A stretch of DNA of 60,963 nt from a virus (Duplodnaviria; Caudoviricetes): positions 1-60,963 of IMG/VR virus record IMGVR_UViG_3300050004_000011; one strand, written 5' to 3'. Each line of letters begins with the position of its first letter. Position 1 is the first letter of the stretch. Shown one piece after another: positions 58,587 through 60,963 of this stretch. Made by a program: the position numbers and the translations under genes. The notes beneath the pieces are model-generated. The model had not been told where the DNA came from. It saw only the letters and a list, made by a program, of their open reading frames with translations, and did not search any database.

Positions 58587-58664
58587 GGGAAATTTTTCAC
58601 CGTTTCCAGGGGAATTTTTTTCGATTCCTGGGGGAAATTTTTTCGTCCTCTTGGGGGATTTTTT
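58587..58664. repeat. Four phased G(3-5)A(1-3)T(5-7) units
   Basis: T-tracts start at 58593, 58615, 58638, 58659. Confidence 0.75.
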
Positions 58665-58932
58665 CCTCGGGCTCGGCCGCCGGCGGCAGCACAGTGGTGT
58701 TCGGTCCCTCAAGCCCAAACACCCAGGGCGGGACGGTGGGCGACCAGCGCGCGACCGAGAATGTGACGCTGGTGTGGCGTACGAGCTCGACCCACGCGCC
58801 GCATTTGCAGGTCACGCAGTAGGTGCCAGATATGTCGGTACCCTTGTCGGGGTCGTCAAGCGATCTCCTACAGTGGGGACAGATCGGCTGACCGATCCGG
58901 GGTGCGGGCAAATCAATGGGGGGTGGTGCCAT
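58597..58932 (-). CDS. Small zinc-finger protein
   Basis: CPHC...CKCG. Confidence 0.45.
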   Translation of the reverse strand: MAPPPIDLPAPRIGQPICPHCRRSLDDPDKGTDISGTYCVTCKCGAWVELVRHTSVTFSVARWSPTVPPWVFGLEGPNTTVLPPAAEPEEKIPQEDEKISPRNRKKFPWKR

Positions 58933-58985
58933 GTGACGGACTTGGTACCGACACAGGCCCGTGACAACCCCGACACGGATCGATT

Positions 58986-60149
58986 TCAGGCGTGCAACTG
59001 CACGTTCGTTCCACCAGGAACCAGCTTGATCCAACCAGAGCGTGTGGTGCTGACGCCCGTTAGTTGTGCGATGTCGGGCAAGTATTGCATGTTGAACACG
59101 CTGTACAGACCAGCGTCGTTAATGTTGTACGTGCTCACCTGGTTGCCGCCAATGACCGTGTGACTTGCTAGACCACTGGTGCGAATGGCGTCACCGGTGA
59201 GACCGGGGCCAAAGTAATTTTTCTCCACCGAGTTCATCTGAGTGAGGCCGGCAGTGCCTTCGATCCACACGCCGTGCCCGCGTTCGGTGGTGGCACCGAC
59301 CGGGTTGTTGATGATCTCGAGGTAGTTGTTCACCACGTCAGTGGAGCTCACGCGCGTGATTTTGATGCCAGCACGATCCAAAAGCACTAGCGGGCTCACC
59401 ACACCGTTGCCGTGCACCAAATTGCGCGTGACAGTGTTGTTGCGGGGGGCCAGCGCGTTGTCGACACTCATCAAGTGAATGCCGGCGTTAGCCCAATAAC
59501 TCATGTAGTTGTCGCTCACTAGATTGCCGGCGGGTGTGTGCAACAGGATACCAGTCTGGCTCGCGCCGATGCGACAGCGCACGATCTCGGTGTCGATGGG
59601 GCGTTGCAAATAGATGCCGTAGCCCTTGTTGAAATCCTCCGTCAGAATGTGGTGGAATGAGCATCGCACCACGCCCTGCAGGTTGGTGCCCATGATGATC
59701 CCGCTCTGACCAGAGGCGTTCGTGCCACGCAACTGGAAGTGGTGGAAGCTGCTGAACTCACCGGTAGTTGCTGAAGGGAACTCACCACGGATCGCCGCGC
59801 CCGAGCCCGAGTACTTCAGAATGCTCTGCTCACCACAGCCAAAGATCTCGACACGCTCATCGAGCTCGAGCGGAGTGGTGAAGTTGAATGTGCCCTTGGG
59901 AAAGTACAGTGCGCTGCGCGCAGCAAGCGCCACGGTGAGCGCAGCCTGAATGGCTACTGTCGAATCAACTGCTGGGTTGGTGCTCGCGTAGAACGGGCGA
60001 GCAGTAACATCGATCACGCCCCCGCCGTTGTCATCTCCGGGGGGCCCCGCAGGCCCCGCAGGGCCTCGAGGCCCTGGCACCCCGCCGCGGTTGATCTGAG
60101 GCGATGGCGCGTGCGTGGAGAACGTACGCATGTTGGGAGGTATGGGCAT
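58986..60149 (-). CDS. Tailspike/depolymerase with parallel beta-helix and short collagen-like linker
   Basis: GPRGPAGPAGPPG; DSTVAIQAAL..LYFPKGTF pectate-lyase-3-like start; Asn/Ile ladders. Confidence 0.8.
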   Translation of the reverse strand: MPIPPNMRTFSTHAPSPQINRGGVPGPRGPAGPAGPPGDDNGGGVIDVTARPFYASTNPAVDSTVAIQAALTVALAARSALYFPKGTFNFTTPLELDERVEIFGCGEQSILKYSGSGAAIRGEFPSATTGEFSSFHHFQLRGTNASGQSGIIMGTNLQGVVRCSFHHILTEDFNKGYGIYLQRPIDTEIVRCRIGASQTGILLHTPAGNLVSDNYMSYWANAGIHLMSVDNALAPRNNTVTRNLVHGNGVVSPLVLLDRAGIKITRVSSTDVVNNYLEIINNPVGATTERGHGVWIEGTAGLTQMNSVEKNYFGPGLTGDAIRTSGLASHTVIGGNQVSTYNINDAGLYSVFNMQYLPDIAQLTGVSTTRSGWIKLVPGGTNVQLHA

Positions 60150-60152
60150 TTT

Positions 60153-60938
60153 TCAGACGAGAGGTGCGGAGTTTTTAAAACCGATGCGGTCAGTTGCTGA
60201 CCAAATGCCTCGCACAGCCTCCGAGTATTTGACACCCGCAGAGATGAAAACGTCCCTCCCAGCGCGCCCGATGAATGGAAGCGTGGACAAGTTGCTGCGG
60301 CGATTGCCGAGCATGATGTCACCTGGTGCCGCCTGCATTGCTGCGGGGAAAGCACCGGGGGTACCTGCTTGGTCTGCGGGCGTCAGCGCGAGCTCGGTCA
60401 GATCCGCCGTGATGACGACCTTGTCTGCTTCGGCCGCCAGCGTATCAACTTCGAAGGTGAAGAACTTGGGGGTGGCCGTCACCACGTTGATGGCCGTGGC
60501 AGCGCGGCGCGCGACCAGCCCTGTAGCGTCGTTGTAAATGGCCAACCTGAGAGACTCGTCGGAGGCGATGGTGATCACCATCGATTCGGTCGCGGCCGGG
60601 TCGTTGCTTGCGCCAGGGCCGACACGGAACAGATAGTGCTGCACCGTGAGGTTATCGGCCTCAAGCCACAGACCGAGCGCGAATTTGGTCGTGTGGAAAC
60701 ACGCGGCGGGCAACAGCAGACAGTCGGTGTCGAACGTCATGCTGCCGTCGGCCGCGCCGTTCGGCTGGCGCACGCCTGTTGGTTGTGCTGCCGCCGTGCC
60801 GCCGTGCCGGTCGGCGATGGTGCTGATCGCACCTGTAGTCCCGTTGCGCAACCAGTACGTCGTGCGCGTCGCTGGGTTGAACCCCGTCGCCCCGCCCAGC
60901 AGCATGCGGTGGTGGCGGCTCAATAGTGTGCCGACCAT
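60153..60938 (-). CDS. Putative virion beta-sandwich (LamG/ConA-like) protein
   Basis: Beta-rich composition; co-transcribed with the tailspike. Confidence 0.5.
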   Translation of the reverse strand: MVGTLLSRHHRMLLGGATGFNPATRTTYWLRNGTTGAISTIADRHGGTAAAQPTGVRQPNGAADGSMTFDTDCLLLPAACFHTTKFALGLWLEADNLTVQHYLFRVGPGASNDPAATESMVITIASDESLRLAIYNDATGLVARRAATAINVVTATPKFFTFEVDTLAAEADKVVITADLTELALTPADQAGTPGAFPAAMQAAPGDIMLGNRRSNLSTLPFIGRAGRDVFISAGVKYSEAVRGIWSATDRIGFKNSAPLV

Positions 60939-60963
60939 GGATCAGGGTGCCGGATTGATGGTG

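Overview
The window is an apparently complete, circular, ~61 kb GC-rich temperate phage genome with a contractile tail. An 11-bp terminal overlap and an ORF reading across the junction support circularity. It carries a tyrosine integrase beside an attP matching the 3' half of tRNA-Glu(CTC), head, tail, baseplate and lysis genes, a split family-A DNA polymerase, a primase/VapE helicase and three free-standing homing endonucleases. The main result is a compact 427-aa TnpB/Cas12f-like RuvC nuclease with all three catalytic motifs, inserted upstream of terL, with no cas1/cas2/tnpA and no visible tracrRNA. It has a 3-repeat mini-CRISPR array plus two solo repeat copies whose stems covary. The sequence directly 3' of the last array repeat and of each solo repeat matches the phage's own neighbouring gene, with mismatches mostly at synonymous positions. 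One full spacer encodes a peptide resembling the phage's own baseplate protein. I infer an RNA-guided inter-phage competition or homing ('gene-drive') system with recoded self alleles. A second unexplained signal is a strand-polarised motif AAWNTGACCGCA(CC), about 35-40 copies by eye. All protein calls come from motif recognition and synteny, not database searches.
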